Position numbers and translations under genes: made by a program. A DNA stretch of 64,000 nt from Hormiphora californensis (lineage: Eukaryota > Animalia > Ctenophora), in NCBI GenBank assembly GCA_020137815.1, contig CM035358.1, forward strand, positions 5,146,001-5,210,000, given 5' to 3'. This document shows positions 62,936 through 64,000 of the stretch, piece by piece. The notes beneath the pieces were generated by a model. The model searched no databases. It saw nothing but the letters and a program-made list of their open reading frames with translations, and was not told the DNA's origin. Numbering within the stretch: position 1 is the stretch's first letter; the number at the start of each line of letters is the position of its first letter.

Positions 62936-64000
62936 GGGTACACCTCGGCGAAATTTTTGTCGAGTGCCCGCTTAGCTCTCCATATGGGGATGTAGGGCAT
63001 GCCAAGCCGACTTCAAATATGAAATTTTAGCCCTTAACTCGAATTCATATTTTTGCTACAGCCCCTCAAAGTTGGACCCTGAAAACCGGTTTTTAAGGTC
63101 CCCAAATTTTATTTTTAGGTCTAGAAAGCTGAAAATTTGGAGATTTGTAGAGGATACCAAGGTGTATCAGCCCAAACATAAGTTTTTTGAAATGGAGCTC
63201 AATTTTTTGTCTGAGCTTATTTTACTATTTTTGACTTTGAGGCCATATTTGGACATGTTCCTATGGACCGATAAGGCTAAAAATTGGATATTTGGTGCTC
63301 CCAACAATTGTCAACGTAGCCACAAATTTTCAGGAGGTCCGAATTTGAAATGTGGCCTACAGGTTTCTTTTTGTAAAACACATATTTTAGGAAAACTTAA
63401 AATGGCTATATCTCAAAAACGGTGGGTCCTAGCGATCTAATTTGGTGCTAAATCGATTCAGCGGGTCCGATTTTGGGGGGGGGGTTGTCTCTTAGACATT
63501 TTGCTCTAAGTCTAACCGTTTTTTCAGAAATCGCATTTTCAGATTTGGACATGTTTGGCTGAAATGCTTCTATCCAGAGCTAATCTTACCTATTTCAGCT
63601 AAACATGTACACATCTTAAAATACGATTTCTGAAAAAACGGTTAGACTTAGAGCAAAATGTCTACGAGACAACCCCCCCAAAATCGGACCCGCTGAATCG
63701 ATTTAGCACCAAATTAGATCGCTAGGACCCACCGTTTTTGAGATATAGCCATTTTAAGTTTTCCTAAAATATGTGCTTTACAAAAAGAACCCTGTAGGCC
63801 ACATTTCAAATTCGGACCTCCTGAAAATTTGTGGCTACGTTGACAATTGTTGGAAGCACCAAATATCCAATTTTTAGCCTTAACGGTCCATAGGAACATG
63901 TCCAAATATGGCCTCAAAGTCAAAAATAGTAAAATAAGCTCAGACAAAAAATTGAGCTCCATTTCAAAAAATTTCTGTTTGGGCTGATACACCTTGGTAT
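62936..64000. mobile_element. Kolobok-like foldback element in a GPAA1 intron, truncated by the window end
   Basis: TTAA|GGGTACACC start; palindromic centre at about 63580; similar to 14347-15736. Confidence 0.8.

Overview
Intron-rich, repeat-dense animal genomic DNA, most likely a ctenophore (Pleurobrachia-like). That assignment is inferred from intronless divergent GPCRs, a nested gene and short MITEs I recall from Pleurobrachia gene models. Left to right: an intronless class A GPCR (1847-2941, +); a dead CR1/L2-type LINE (about 4.3-10 kb, -) broken by three DNA-transposon MITEs; an 11-exon LDL-receptor-family gene (16348-29219, -) with a second GPCR nested antisense in one intron; an assembly gap; a block of three perfect microsatellite arrays that may be a sequencing artefact; an intronless coiled-coil gene and an SRSF7-like SR splicing factor (+); an 11-exon LCCL + Ig-domain surface protein with a probable GPI signal (-); two tRNA-Asn(GTT); a complete 10-exon PIGA (-); and the 3' seven exons of GPAA1 (-). 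All multi-exon models were spliced by hand with intron phases checked. The most notable observation is that GPAA1 (GPI transamidase, last step of GPI anchoring) ends only 197 bp before the ATG of PIGA (first step) on the same strand. A pyrimidine-tract/AG acceptor lies in the gap, making this a candidate trans-spliced, pathway-coherent operon, and a probable GPI-anchored client gene follows on the same strand.
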